Numbered from the stretch's first letter, positions 1 through 12,100 are shown. The stretch: 64,000 nucleotides of DNA from Hydrolagus colliei (GCA_035084275.1 CM068774.1:558001-622000), one strand, 5' to 3'. The notes: a model not told the origin generated them from the sequence alone. A program made the numbers and translations.

Positions 1-1775
1 GAGGGATTGAGGGATGGCATTCCATAAGGTGGGAGCGGAGAAACTGAAGGCCCGGCCTCCGATGGTGGGGCGGTTCGGGCAGGGGGCTTGGAGCAGGCCA
101 AGTCCTGTTGAACGGAGGGTCCGGGTGGGCTTGTAGGGGGAAAGTAGATCGGTTAAATAGGGCGGGGCAAGGCCGTGTAAGGCCTTGTAGGTGAGGATGA
201 GGATCTTGAACTCGATCCTCTGGAGGATGGGGAGCCAGTGGAGATGGGCGAGGGTGGGGGTTATGTGGTCGCGGAGGCGGGTGCGGGATAGTACACGGGC
301 TGCAGAGTTTGGGATGACCTGCAGCCTGTGAATGGAGGGACTGGGGAGGCCGACAAGGAGAGAGTTTCCGTAGTCCAGCCGTGAGGTGATGTGCGTGTGC
401 ACGAGTGTTTCGGCAGCGCGGGGGGTAAGATAGTTGCGGAGCCTGGCAATGTTGCGCAGGTGGAAATAAGCAGTGCCGGTCAAGGCACGGATGTGGGGGA
501 GGAAGGAAAGTTTTTGATCGAACGTGATGCCGAGGTTCCTGACTGGCTTTGTGAGGTGGAGAGTACAGCCTTGGATGTTGAGGCTGGCAGCGCCCGATGT
601 GCGGAGGCGCTGGCTTGAGCCAATCAGGAGGGCCTCGGTCTTACTCACGTTTAATTGCAAAAAGTTGTCCCTCGTCCAGGACTCGATGTCGGACAGACAT
701 GCTGTCAGAACATCGATGGTCTGGGGGTTGAGGGATGAGGCAGAAAGGTACAGCTGGGTGTTGTCCGCATACATGTGGAAGTTTACCCCATGTTTGCGGA
801 TGACATCGCCCAGAGGGAGCGTGTAAAGGGTGAAAAGGAGGGGACCGAGGACAGAGCCCTGGGGGACGCCGTGAGAAACTGTGCGGGGGTTTGAGGAAAA
901 ACCGTTGGAAGAAACAAAATGTAAATGGTGGGTCAGATAGGAATGGAACCAGTCAAGGACTGTGCCTTGAAGGTTGAGGTGGGAGGAAAGACGTTGAAGG
1001 AGGATGGTGTGATCGACTGTGTCGAACGCAGCAGACAGGTCAAGGAGGACGAGGAGGCAGAGGGAGCCCTGGTCACAGGCGGTTAGGATGTCATTTGTGA
1101 CCTTGACCAGGGCAGTTTCTGTGCTATGGATAGGGCGGAAACCTGATTGGAGGGGTTCAAAAAGTGAGTGATTTGAAAGGAAAGAGCGGAGCTGGGAGGT
1201 AACCACTCTTTCAAGGACCTTGGATAGAAACGGGAGGTTGGAGATGGGTCGATAACTTGATGGTTGCGACGCATCAAGGGAGGGTTTCTTCAGGATAGGG
1301 GTGATGGTGGCTGTTTTAAGGGAGGTAGGGACGGTTCCTGAGGAGAGGGAAAGGTTAACGGTGTCAGAAATGAGCGGGGCTAACAAATGGAGCTGGGTGC
1401 GGAGGAGGGGGGTGGGGATGGGGTCCAATGAGCACGTGGTGGGTTTCATGGAGGTAATTGTTTTTGTGACTGAAAGCGGGGTGGTGGGGTTGAAAGTGTG
1501 AAATGGGGGTGAGTAGGGGTTGAGGTAACGGATGGAGGGGCGGGGGTGGAGGAGTGGTGGGGGGAGGAAACCGCAAGAGCGGATTTTCTCAATTTTGGAC
1601 TCGAGGAAGTCCAGCATCTCCTCACAACGAACGTTTGAGGAGAGGATCTGCGAGGTGAGGCGGGGGGGGGGCGGAGGAGCTGGTTGGTGGTGGCAAAGAG
1701 TGGTGGCAAAGAAGGTGGTTGTCCTTCGCTTCCAGGATTATCCTGGAGTAGAAGGCTGATTTGGCGGTGGCTAGG
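1..1775 (-). mobile_element. L2 LINE fragment (ORF2 RT and C-terminal region), young family
   Basis: Minus strand encodes GxPQGSVLGP, YADDTQLY and HLRNIAR motifs with frameshifts; near-identical by eye to L2 copies at 21.6-23.5 kb and 32.9-34.6 kb. Boundaries approximate. Confidence 0.9.
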
Positions 1776-1789
1776 GCGGAGCGGTAAAA

Positions 1790-2135
1790 GACAGTGGGAG
1801 ACTGTTTCTCCTGGTTGGAGAAACTATAACCAGGGGGTCACAGTCTGAAGATTAGGAGTCCGCCTTTCACACTGAGTTGAGGAAAAACCTCTTCACTCAG
1901 AGGGTAGTGAAATTATGGAATTCTCTACCCCCAAAGGGCTGTAGATGCTTAGTCAGTCCTTGAACATATTAAGACTGAGTTTGATAGATTTCTTGTGGAC
2001 AAAGGGATTAAAGGATATAGTCATTAGGCAGGTAGGTGGAGCTGGAATAGATCAGCCATGATCTTATTGAATGGCGGGGCAGTCTTAAGGGGCCGAATGG
2101 CCTACTCCTGCTCCTAATTCTCATGTTCTTATAAA
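1790..2135 (+). mobile_element. CR1 LINE 3' end
   Basis: Degenerate ...TQRVVKLWNSLP... coding remnant followed by the CR1 3' UTR ending gaatggcctactcctgctcctaattctcatgttcttat. Confidence 0.8.
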
Positions 2136-2571
2136 TCACTACATGAAATGTATGGATTTATTTTTAATCAGCTCCTAATAACCAACCAATCAACCAAATA
2201 ACTGGGAGGGTGGTCCTAGGCAGACAGCGCTCTCTCTCTCTCTCTCTATCTCGATGGCCAAGCTATTGTGGGGTTTAGTTGGTTAGATTCCAGCAATTAC
2301 CCCAACACATACTCTGGGCTCCCTCCCGCCACACCCACCCACCGCCCAAACCTTGGCTCTCGTCAACCTGCGCCTAATACTCTCCGGAATTAGGTAAATA
2401 GGGAGGGAGGGGAGAGAGTGAGGGGGGTGGGGAAGACTGTGGGTGGGGGGGGTGGGGGAGAGAGTGCGGGGGAAGAGAGAGCGGTCGAGAGAGAATGGGA
2501 GGAGAGAGAGAGAGTGGGTGGGGATAGAGTGTGGGGTGAGAGTGTGTGGGGAGTGAGGAGACACAACTTAC

Positions 2572-2886
2572 CATACACAGTGAGATTGTAGAGGTTTTCA
2601 AGTTTACTCCCATGTTTCGTGGTTGTGACCACCCTATACACCCCAGTGTCTGTGAGCTGCAGGTCACTGATCTGTACAGTCAGGTTCTCTGTGTGAACAG
2701 CCACACGGTTCCTCATCTCCTTAATCACAAAGTAGTCAACCTGTCCAGGCTCATATTCTGCTATTGTCTGGTCTGGAGTCTGGAGGATCCACTCAACACG
2801 TCTGATCTCCCCCAGGGAGAGAGGCTGAGGGTATGGGAGCCACGCACTGTCACCCAGTGTCCCATTAACAACAACAACAGCGTCAC
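2572..2886 (-). CDS. Gene D cysteine-less IgV exon
   Basis: Acceptor (CT)n-TGTAG, donor GTAAGT, 315 nt, phase 1/1, open: [20 protein letters not shown]...[14 protein letters not shown]...YNLTVY. Resembles CD84/SLAMF N-terminal domains (VNGILGESVTFP...ISDL...YNLQIY). Confidence 0.9.
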
Positions 2887-5800
2887 CTACAGAGAGAGAG
2901 AGAGAGAGAGAGTGAGGGAGGGATTGTCACTGAGCGAGTGTGTGGGACAGTCTGAGAAACACACACACGCACACACACACACCAATAGACAGAGACACAC
3001 ACACATAGAGAGAGACATACACAAAAATGGAGAGTGATACAGACAGATTGACAGAGACACACAAAGGCTACAATGTAAAGTTAGTTTTCTGGCCAAATGC
3101 GGCAGCCAATTGCGCCCAGCAACGTCCCTCAAACAGCCGGGGAGTGAAGTGACCACATTATTTTTTTCTTGAGGGATTATTATTAGAAGCGTGACTTTGT
3201 GTGTGTGGGTCTATGTGTGTGTGGGCGGAATAAGGAAACTTGCCTAAGGTTTCACCCTGAACTGTCCCACCCAGGAACCCAGGTTCTATCGCTTGAGAGC
3301 GCTCTAACCACTGAGCAGCACAGACACACACAGAGACAGAGACACAGACTGAGTTACACACAAAGTGGATGTTTCCATGTTTCTCAAACACTCAGCTAAC
3401 CGCAACAACATCTCTCTTCCTCTCTCAGTCTCTCTATCTCTCTCTCTCTCTGTCTCTCTACACTCTCTCTCACTCAATCTCTGTCTCTCTCTCGTTCTCT
3501 CTCACTCTTGCTCAATCCTTCTCTCACGCTCTCTTATAACAGCAAGCCCGTACGCAGGGGGGGTGCGACGGGTGCGTACGCACCCCCCCAAATTATAAAA
3601 GGTCCACATTTTCCGGGGTAGAGAATTGCATTTTTTATCAAATTTAAATACCAAGTAAATTTATTGAGGATTTGTGTAACAATCAGTTCTTCAAAACTAT
3701 GTATAAATTATAAATACACATCTTTGAATGATTTAGTATTAATATAAAATTATCGAGTCGCACACCAGAATCGGCGTCTCCCCAAAACATACCGCGTCGA
3801 TAGACCAGTCCATGACGCGGCGAGTCTGTGACTCGTGATTGGATAAACATAGGCGCCAAGACTCAAATCCTCGTTTGGAAATCATCCCGTAAACAGCCAC
3901 AAGGGGCAGCACCACTACTGGAGTTAAAATCATCTTTTCATCTGATCACCGTAAGTAAAAATTGCTCAAGTTTTGAGAGGTGTGACTGTAATGCCAGCAA
4001 ACAATGACAACATATGTACAAGCTTCTGAGAAATTAAAGCTTTTGAGAACCCAACAAAAAAGTTACATGTGTCTGGATGGGAATGCCTATCTTTAAAAGA
4101 AATACTCATGGACGTAGGCCTAGGCTTTAGCGCCTATTCCACGTGGTGTGTCAATCGGAAATCATCCCGTATACAGTCACTACATAAAAAGGTAGGACCA
4201 CTTTGTGGAAGCTGAAATCGTATTTTAATCTGATAAATGTAAGTAAAAATGACTTAAGTTTTGATAGGCGTGTTTCTGAAACATCATGTATCTTGTTATG
4301 TCTTGATTATCACATTTGATTTATATTATTAAAGATGTATTCCTGTCATTAAAAATTGCTTTTAGAGACGTCCACTGGCATGCAAAAAACATATGACCGC
4401 AAAGATAAACAGTGCGACTTTATTTCACATTCAGTTTTGTACCCAGAGTGAAAAAACATCAATGTCGCACGAATTTGGCATAAAAATAGTTTCACCGTCA
4501 TCTGATCGAGCGAACTCGGGCATTGACAACCACACTTCTCCACTGATCCCTTCTCTCCATGCAGCCTGAACACTCCCGCCTGCCAATACCCCAATCGCGC
4601 TCCAGAGTATCGATGTAGGTTAGGGTCGGTCTACCTCGTGTTTTGTGACCGTGCAATGGTTTCCATGGGATAGTAGCACTATGGACAGTTTCCTCCTGGC
4701 TTCTCCAGCTATGTCCGCTAAACCAAAGACGCCTCTGCAGTAATGTCTGTGATACCAGTGTGGTAGTGTACCATATAGCTCACTATTTGTCAGATGCTGT
4801 CGCCAGTAAACGTTCAGGGCGTCTCTTAGAAGCCTGGTATATACCTCACGAGTCACCTAATCTCCTGGTCGAGGTTTGCCTAAGTGTCCAGCATTCTGCT
4901 CCGTATAGGAGCGACTTTCAGCCCTCGCGTTAATGCACATTCATTATAATATGGAAATCGATATTGGTAGAGCGGTTGACGTATTCGCTTCAAAGCGACC
5001 GAGGCGTCTCGAATACGGAACGCTATTAAAGAATTAATTTCCCCTCCCTTATTTTTTCAAGTATTTTTTCGTCAGATCAGTATTGCTTGATGGGTCACTG
5101 CCTTTAATTGTGATTCTAAATAAATAAATAAAAACTAACTACACTATTGCTCACAGTTCAACGATATTTTCAGGATAATGCTGATAACAGGCTTGTAACA
5201 CGTGTGAATTAACTGTTTTACACTGATTTTCAGTTTCTGTATATTTTCTTGTCTTTTATAAAATTTGCTTTGCTGGAATATCTGAGCACATCATTCATAC
5301 TTTACTCTTACATTATTGTTCATTACAGTCCGAAAGAAATTTAGTCTTAGGATAACAATGCAGAACAACTTATTAATTACCGTCAATCTGTAGTTTATGA
5401 TCATTTTCTCTATACGCCTACATTTATCAAGCATTCGTCATTGTACTGTGTTAATTGGATTGTAATTTACTTTATCGTTCGCATTCCTTACATCATCGAG
5501 TCAACAATCGTGTTGGCTTTTATTGGTGAACACATTCGACCTTCCCAATTAGACACGGACTACCGGGGAAAATAAAAACACTGAATAAATAATGATGCTC
5601 TTAAACACCAAGGGCATGAAACATTTACCGTTCATATTGGATCTTCTGAACCGATTAAATAAGACTTCAAACTGTGTAAAACGTCGGAGCCTCGAGGGGG
5701 CCTCGGGGGCAGCCCCCAAGCCGCCGGCCATTGTTGGTCCCATCACTAGCAATTCGCACCCCCCCAAAAAAAATCCTGCGTACGGCCCTGAACAGCGACT

Positions 5801-6075
5801 TTCTCCCGCAGCAAAACATCTCAAAGTACTTTCCAGGACTCGTTGAGAGACTGAGGCAGAGAGAGAGAGAGAGCAACAGAGAGACTGTGTCTTTTGTCTC
5901 TCTCACACATGCTCTCTTCATCTTTCGCACTCTCTTTCCCACCCATTCTCCCTCTCTCTCTCTCTGTCTACCTCTCACACTCTCTCTCTCTCCTACCTCC
6001 ATTTGCAAATCCCCCGAAATTTTCCACAGAAACAATAACAGCGACAGAGAGAAACAGTCCACAGTCAGTCAACAT
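2572..6075 (-). CDS. Gene D (partial): CD2/SLAM-family receptor, leader + IgV exon; remainder lies left of the window
   Basis: Leader exon 5997-6075 (phase 1) is phase-compatible with V exon 2572-2886; no C2 exon within the window. Confidence 0.75.
3060..3320 (-). mobile_element. tRNA-headed SINE (partial)
   Basis: Minus strand: box A-like GCTCAGTGGTTAGAGC, linker ggcaagtttccttat, (CA)n, then gcgcaattggctgccgc core shared with other copies. Confidence 0.7.
3543..5790. mobile_element. Non-autonomous DNA transposon, hAT-like termini, 5-bp TSD
   Basis: 16-bp TIRs CAAGCCCGTACGCAGG (3543-3558) and reverse complement CAGGGCCGTACGCAGG (5775-5790), 14/16 match; AACAG on both flanks (3538-3542, 5791-5795); no transposase ORF seen. 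Confidence 0.75.
4600..4915 (-). mobile_element. RTE/RTEX-type LINE RT C-terminal fragment inside the DNA transposon
   Basis: Translates to SLLYGAECWTL ... YTRLLRDALNVYWRQHLTNSELYGTLP (one frameshift), characteristic of the post-RT region of RTE-clade elements. Confidence 0.75.
5997..6075 (-). CDS. Proximal leader (signal peptide) exon of gene D
   Basis: ATG at 6075, MLTDCGLFLSVAVIVSVENFGGFANG+G, 79 nt, donor GTAGGA; same length, phase and ANG ending as the other leaders. Confidence 0.8.
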
Positions 6076-6180
6076 TTCTATTTTAGTTCTTGGGAAGGAA
6101 ACCAGAGGAATCTACCACGGAAACCAGTCACCGTCATTAGGTGTATGACAGACACACAGACATACACACAGACACACACA

Positions 6181-7440
6181 TCATAGAATCATAGAATCTT
6201 ACGGCACAAAAGGAGGCCATTCGGCCCATCAAGTCTGTGCTGACTCTTTAAAAAGAGAATTCAATGCCACTCTCCCCATAACCTCTCAAACCCGTCCTCC
6301 CCAAATAAACATCTCCCTGTCTTCTAAAAGTTGTTATCGAATACAGCCTCCACCACCTTTTCAGGCAATGAATTCCAGATTCATGAAGTTTAATGCAGAG
6401 AAGTGTGAGGTGATGCATTTTGGGAGAAGAAATGAAGGGAGGCAATATAGGCTAGATAGTACAATTTTAAATGGTGTAAAGGAACAGAGAGACCTGGGGA
6501 TTTGTGTTAGTGACTCGTTGAAGGTGGCAGGACAGGTAGACAAGGCTGTTAAGAAGGCATATGGGATACTAGGCTTTATAAATAGGGGTATAGAGTACAA
6601 AAGTCAGGAAGTGCTGACTAACCTCTATAGGACTTTGGTGAGGCCTCAGCTGGAATACTGTGTTCAATTCTGGTCACCACACTACAGAAAGGATGTGAAG
6701 GCATTGGAAAGGGTACAAAGAAGATTTACTAGGATGGTGCCAGGATTGAGGGACTTCAGCTATGAGGAGAGGCTAGATAGGCTAGGGTTATTCTCTCTGG
6801 AGCAGAGAAGATTGAGGGGAGACCTAATAGAGGTTTATAAGATCATGAGGGGTTTCGACAGGGCAAATAGAGAAAAGCTACTTCCATTCGTGAGCGAATC
6901 TGTGACTCGTGGTCACAGATTTAAAATAGTTTCAAGGCGCAGTAGAGGGGAGCTGAGGAGAAATTTTTTCACTCAGCGAGTTGTTCGAATCTGGAATGCA
7001 TTGCCTGAAAAGGTGGTGGAGGCTGATTCAATAACAACTTTTAAAAGGGAATTAGATCTTTATTTAGGGAGAACGGGTCTATTAGGCTATGGGGAGCGGG
7101 CAGGGCAGTGGGATTGAATCGCTCTTTTCAAAGAGCCGGCACAGACTAAATGGGCCGAATGGCCTCCTTTTGTGCCGTAAAATTCTATGAATCTATTCAA
7201 ACAACTCGCTGAGTGAGTGAAAACATTTCTCCTCACCTCCCCTCTGCTTCTTTTCGAAACTATTTTAAATCTGTGACCATTAGTCACTGATACACCCACC
7301 AGTAGAAACAGTTTTTCGCTGTTTACCCTATCGAATCAGCTAATGATCTTAAAAACCTCTGTTAGGTCTCCTTACAATTACAACCTTCTCTGCTCCAATG
7401 AGAATTAAACCTGGCCTCTCTAGCCTTTCCTCAAAACACA
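6181..7440 (-). mobile_element. Older CR1 3' fragment, interrupted by a younger CR1
   Basis: (CATAGAAT)n tail at 6181; sequence either side of the insertion rejoins into the CR1 3' region seen uninterrupted at 50140-50200. Confidence 0.75.
6384..7194 (+). mobile_element. Young 5'-truncated CR1 LINE
   Basis: Open frame KFNAEKCEVMHFG...[15 protein letters not shown]...IWNALP..., ATTCTATG tail, TSD ATTCA (6379-6383, 7195-7199). Confidence 0.92.
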
Positions 7441-7485
7441 CTTCTGCAAAACACACACTCATTACACTTTACATGATAATTATAA

Positions 7486-7810
7486 TAATCCTGGCATTGG
7501 ATAGCGCGCTTTTCATGTTTTCCAGATGGGTGTCTCAAAACACTTCACAGAATATACTGTAAAGTGAATTGACTGTACAGTATGTATTTGTGGGTGAAAC
7601 GCGGCAGCCAATTGCGCACAGCCACGTCCCCCACAAACAGTTGTGGGTTGAAATAACCAATTTATTACTTATTTTTTCTAGGAATTATTATCAGGCGTGT
7701 GTGTGTGTGTGTGGAGTGAGGAAACTTGTCCAAGGTTTCATCCTGACCGGGAATTGAACCCAGGTCTCTCACTTGTAAAGCGAGTGCTCTAACCACTGAG
7801 CTACAGGACT
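7486..7810 (-). mobile_element. Full-length tRNA-headed SINE with Deu-like domain and L2-like tail
   Basis: Box A TAGCTCAGTGG, box B GGTTCAATTCC, internal (CA)n, core tgtgcgcaattggctgccgcgtttc, tail tgtgaagtgttttgagac...gaaaagcgcgct ending in an ATT-rich tract. Confidence 0.75.
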
Positions 7811-8133
7811 CCAACTCCATTATGCACAGAGAGAGAGAGAGAGAGAGAGACTGAGAAAATAAAATATAATTTGGTCACTCAATCCATGTCTGTACAATTG
7901 GCTGCCATGTTTCACCCACAAAACTCTCCCTCCCTCACATGCTCTGTCTCTCCATCACTATCTCACCCACATTCACTCGATCTCTCCATCTCTCTCACAC
8001 ACTCTCTCACAGTCTCTCTCTCTCTCACACTCTCTGTCTTTCTCTCTCTCCCCATCTCGCTCTCTCACACGCTCTCTCGTCGTCTCTCTCTCTCACACAC
8101 ACACACTCTCTCTCACTTTCTCTCTCTCCCTAC

Positions 8134-8212
8134 CTCCATTTGCCAAGCTCCCCACAGTGTTTATGGATATGATGGTGAGAATGGAGAGAAGTGATCGAGA
8201 ATCCAACGCCAT
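8134..8212 (-). CDS. Distal leader exon (second first exon upstream of gene D, or orphan)
   Basis: ATG at 8212, MALDSRSLLSILTIISINTVGSLANG+G, 79 nt, donor GTAGGG; close paralog of the gene A and B leaders. Confidence 0.8.
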
Positions 8213-8255
8213 CTTTCTTCTTCTTCTTCTTCTTGTTTCTCAGAGCCCAGACAAG

Positions 8256-8265
8256 AGGATGTGGG
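8256..8265. promoter_or_regulatory. ETS:RUNX-like composite motif (variant) upstream of distal leader
   Basis: AGGATGTGGG at the same relative position as AGGATGTGGT in genes A, B and C. Confidence 0.45.
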
Positions 8266-8921
8266 TTAAACCGTAACCAACAAGGAAACAGATAAGTATC
8301 CATCTCAACACAGCAACTCACAGTCACCCCACGTCACACTATAGACTGAGAGAGAGAGACTGAGACAGAGAGACTGAGACAGAGAGAGAGATTGAGACAG
8401 AGAGAAAGACTGTGACAGAAAGAGGCAAAGAGAGAGAGAGAGAGACAGGGAGACTGAGACAGAAAGAGACATACATAGTGACTGAGACAAAGAGAGACAA
8501 CAACAAAATTACATATATAGTGGGCCTTTCTTTCACGTCGGCAGGATGTCCCAAGGCGCTGAACAGTTAGGTCAGGACAAGACAGAGACTGAGACAGAGA
8601 GAGTCACAGAGAGAAACTGAGACAGAGAGAGAGACTGAGACTGAGAGACATACATACACACAGAGAGAGACTGAGACAGAGAGACTGAGACTGAGACAGA
8701 GAAAGAGACAGACTGTGAGGAGCTGGTTGGTGGTGGAGAAGAGAAGCCGAAGTTTGTCCTTCACCTCCAGGATTATCCAGGAGCAGAAAGACGATTTGGT
8801 GGAGTCTAGAGCAGAGCTGTAGGTCATAGGACGTAGGATAGGTTAACGTGTGAGAGGGAGATGGATAGAGACTTGGGGAGAGTCAGGGATGGAGTGAGTG
8901 TGAGAAGGCGACTGATAGAGA

Positions 8922-9655
8922 TGTTGGGATATACCGATCCCAAGAGTTCAACACATGACCCAAGAATCTAGTAAGGTGCGGCCGATTTATATAAAATACA
9001 AGTTATTGGACATAACTAAAATATGTAAAATGTACAAACCATACGACAGTATGTCTTGGTGGATAATACACTCAGCACTAGCTTTGCAGATCTTGGTTGG
9101 CTGATTGACACCCTCTCTCTCTCTCTCTCTCTCTCCCAAGTCAGGCTGTGACTTAGGTTCATTGATGGGTTGATGGTCCGCTCGCCGGTCGATCTCAGCT
9201 TCTCTGTGTCTCTTCTCCGAGTCTTTCCTGAGATGCCTTTCTGTGTCTTGTGTCTCTGTATCTCTCCATATCGCTCCATGTCTTGCGTTGCTTCTCTGTG
9301 TCTCTCTGTGTTTCCCCCCAAACCTGCCTATTTTTATGCAGCGTCAGGACAATAACCAACCTAACTGCCAAACTCTTCATCAAGTTCAAAGGAAGCATCT
9401 TCTTAGTTATTGTCCCTTAGATCTGCATCAACCCTTTGTACCTCACCCCCATCACAGCCTTGGCCTCCATATCAGTGGGTCTGCACTAATCTCGTTACCG
9501 CGTCCACCCTATTGTCTTTCATGCTGTCACTACTTCCACTGCCCCCCTGCCTTGCCTCCTTATCTCGTATCCCAAGTGTCTCATCTCACACATTTCTCAA
9601 ACCTTGAGGCGACGGGCTCGTTACAGGAAACTAATCCCTGCTCTATACACCAACA
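8922..9655. mobile_element. Solo-LTR-like element inserted in minisatellite
   Basis: TGTTGG...CCAACA termini, 734 bp, imperfect 4-bp TSD (GAGA/GTGA), minisatellite units on both sides. Confidence 0.5.
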
Positions 9656-9659
9656 GTGA

Positions 9660-10560
9660 TTTTTGGGGGGCCCAGGGATGGAGGAGTGTGACATGGAGAT
9701 GGATGGAGACTTTGGAGGAGTCAGGGATGGAGTGAGTGTGAGAGGCAGATGGATAGACACATTTGGGAGTCAGGGGATGAAGTGAGTGTGAGATCAAGAT
9801 AGATAGAGATGTAGGGAGCCAGGGTTGGTATGAGTGTGCGAGTGTGATGGATAGAGACTTTGGAGGATTCAGGGGATGGAGTGATTGTGAGAGGGAGCTG
9901 GATAGAGACTTGTTGGAATTAAGAGATGGATTGAGTGTGAGAGGGAGATAGTTAGAGACTTGGAGAGAGCCATAGAATGGAGTGAGTTTGAGAGGAAAAT
10001 GGATAAGGACTTGGGAGTCAGGGGATGGAGTGAGTGTGAGAGTCAGATGGATGGAGACTTTGGAAGATTCTGAAGATGGAATGAACGTGAGAGGGAGATG
10101 GATAGAGACTTAAGAGGAGTCAGAGGATGGAGTGAGTAAGAGAGAGATAGATAAAGACATGGGGCGAGTCATGATATGAGCGAGTGTCAGAGGGAGATGG
10201 ATAGAGACTTGGGGGGAATTAGGGAATATAATGAGTGTGAGGTAGATGGAGACTTGGGCTGAGCCATGGGATAAAGTGAGTATGAGAGGGAGTTGGATGG
10301 GGACTTGGGAGTCAGGGCATGGAGTGAGTGTGAGAATGAGTTGGATTCAGGAAGACTTGGAGGATTCAGGGGATGGAGTGAGTATGAGAGGGAGATTAGA
10401 GACTTGGGGAGAGCCATAAAATGGAGTGAGTTTGAGAGGAAAATGGATTAGGACTTGGGAGGCAGGGATCCCGCAGAGAGGGAGATGGATAGAGACTTAA
10501 GAGATTCGGGGGATGGGGTGAGTGTCAGAGTGAGATGGATAGAGATTTGGGGGAGTTGTT
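9660..10560 (+). repeat. G/purine-rich minisatellite (~47-50 bp unit)
   Basis: Tandem degenerate units of GGATGGAGTGAGTGTGAGAGGGAGATGGATAGAGACTTGGGGGAGTCAGG. Confidence 0.9.
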
Positions 10561-10799
10561 GGAAAAATATTGGTTTATAAAAGAAAGTTTACAGTTACAA
10601 AATGATTAATAAGGTTTGGAGTTTTATTGATTTTTTATGTCTCAGTTTTGTTAAAATATCTTATGTCTTCATCTAATATTTGTTTTAAAAAATGGACAAC
10701 GATAGAAGTGGCTTTATTCTGGAAGCAGAGTAAATCCTGGATTCTATCCATATGTACTTGGGACATCCTCCCGACATGAAAGGAGCTCTAAAAATGTTA

Positions 10800-11435
10800 A
10801 TTTACTATTGTTGTCGGCCTTCCCGGCTCTTCCCTTCACAAGCTGCAAATCATCCAGAAATCTGCAGCTCGTGTCCTCTCCTGCACTCGGCTCTGTGACC
10901 ACATCACTCCCACCCTCGCCCGGCTCCATTGGCTCACCATCCCCCAGAGGATCCAATTCCAGATGCTCATCCTCACTTGCAAAGCCATTTACTTGCAAAG
11001 CCTTGCTCCGCCTATCTGAGACGCTGTCCGGCGTGGAGGGTGCCATATAAATCAAAGTTGTTGTTGTTGTTGTTGTTGTATCTCTCTGACCTGCTGTCTC
11101 CCTATGAACCTGCCCATCCCCTCTGGTCTGCTCCATGTCCCCCACCTGATCCACCCAACCACCGGCGGACGGGCTTTCAGCCTCTCTGCCCCCACACTCT
11201 GGAATTCTATCCCACAGTCCCTTTGCCTCGATCCCTCCCTTAACTTCTTCAAGGCCGGTCGCAAGACCCTCCTCTTTGACCGTGCCTTCTGCTGCCCTCC
11301 CAATTCTCTCCCTCCCCTCGTAACTCTCTCCCACCCCTCCACCCCTACCTTGCCCCTCTCCCCTACTCGGGTCCTGACCTGACTGTTCAGCGCCTTGGGA
11401 CATCCTCCTAATGTGAAAGGCGCTCTATAAATGTA
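10800..11435 (+). mobile_element. Old L2 3' fragment
   Basis: LQIIQ..A.RVL, HWL.IPQRIQF and GGRAFS remnants plus tail cagcgccttgggacatcctcc...gtgaaaggcgc. Confidence 0.75.
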
Positions 11436-12062
11436 ATTTTATTTTTGAGAGATGTTTGGTTGGTCAGGGGAGAAAGCAGGGAATTGGAATTGAAAGAGAT
11501 ACATCAGCCAGGTCTTATTAAATGGGGGAACAGGCTTGATGGGCTGAATGGCCTTCTCCTGAGCCTATGTTCTTATGTCTCTCTCGCTTCGTTATTTCTG
11601 AGAATTAGAGAGGATATTGTGGTCACTATTTCTGGTCTTGAGACACTGACTGCGAGAGAGAGAGAGAGAAAAAGAGAGGGAGAGAGAGAGAGAGGAATTA
11701 AGAGAAACAGCGACAGAGTGAGAAAGAAAGACAGACAGAGACTGTGAGAGAGAGAGTCTGAGAAACTGAGAGAGGGAGTGCAGTAGTGAGACAGCGAGAT
11801 GGAGGGAGAGACTGAATGAAAGAGAGAGGGAGAGAGAATATATCATTTTGTTTTTCTAGTGAATACAGTTGAGAAAATATGTTTCTGCTTGTAAACTGGG
11901 CTGCAATAATCACAATAATATTAATAATAATCCTGGCGTTTGGCCCCCAGCGCCTTATCATATCCTCAAAATTTCTCAAAACACTTCACGGCGACACACT
12001 GTAAAGTGTAGTGACTGTGAGTTGAGAGGTCACCCGTCTGTTTCCGTGTTGGGTAGGGTTTC

Positions 12063-12072
12063 ACCACATCCT
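12063..12072. promoter_or_regulatory. ETS:RUNX-like composite motif, gene A promoter
   Basis: ACCACATCCT (reverse complement AGGATGTGGT) about 30 nt upstream of the ATG, conserved in paralogs. Confidence 0.55.
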
Positions 12073-12100
12073 CTCTGGGTCCCAAAGACAAGCAAGAAAA

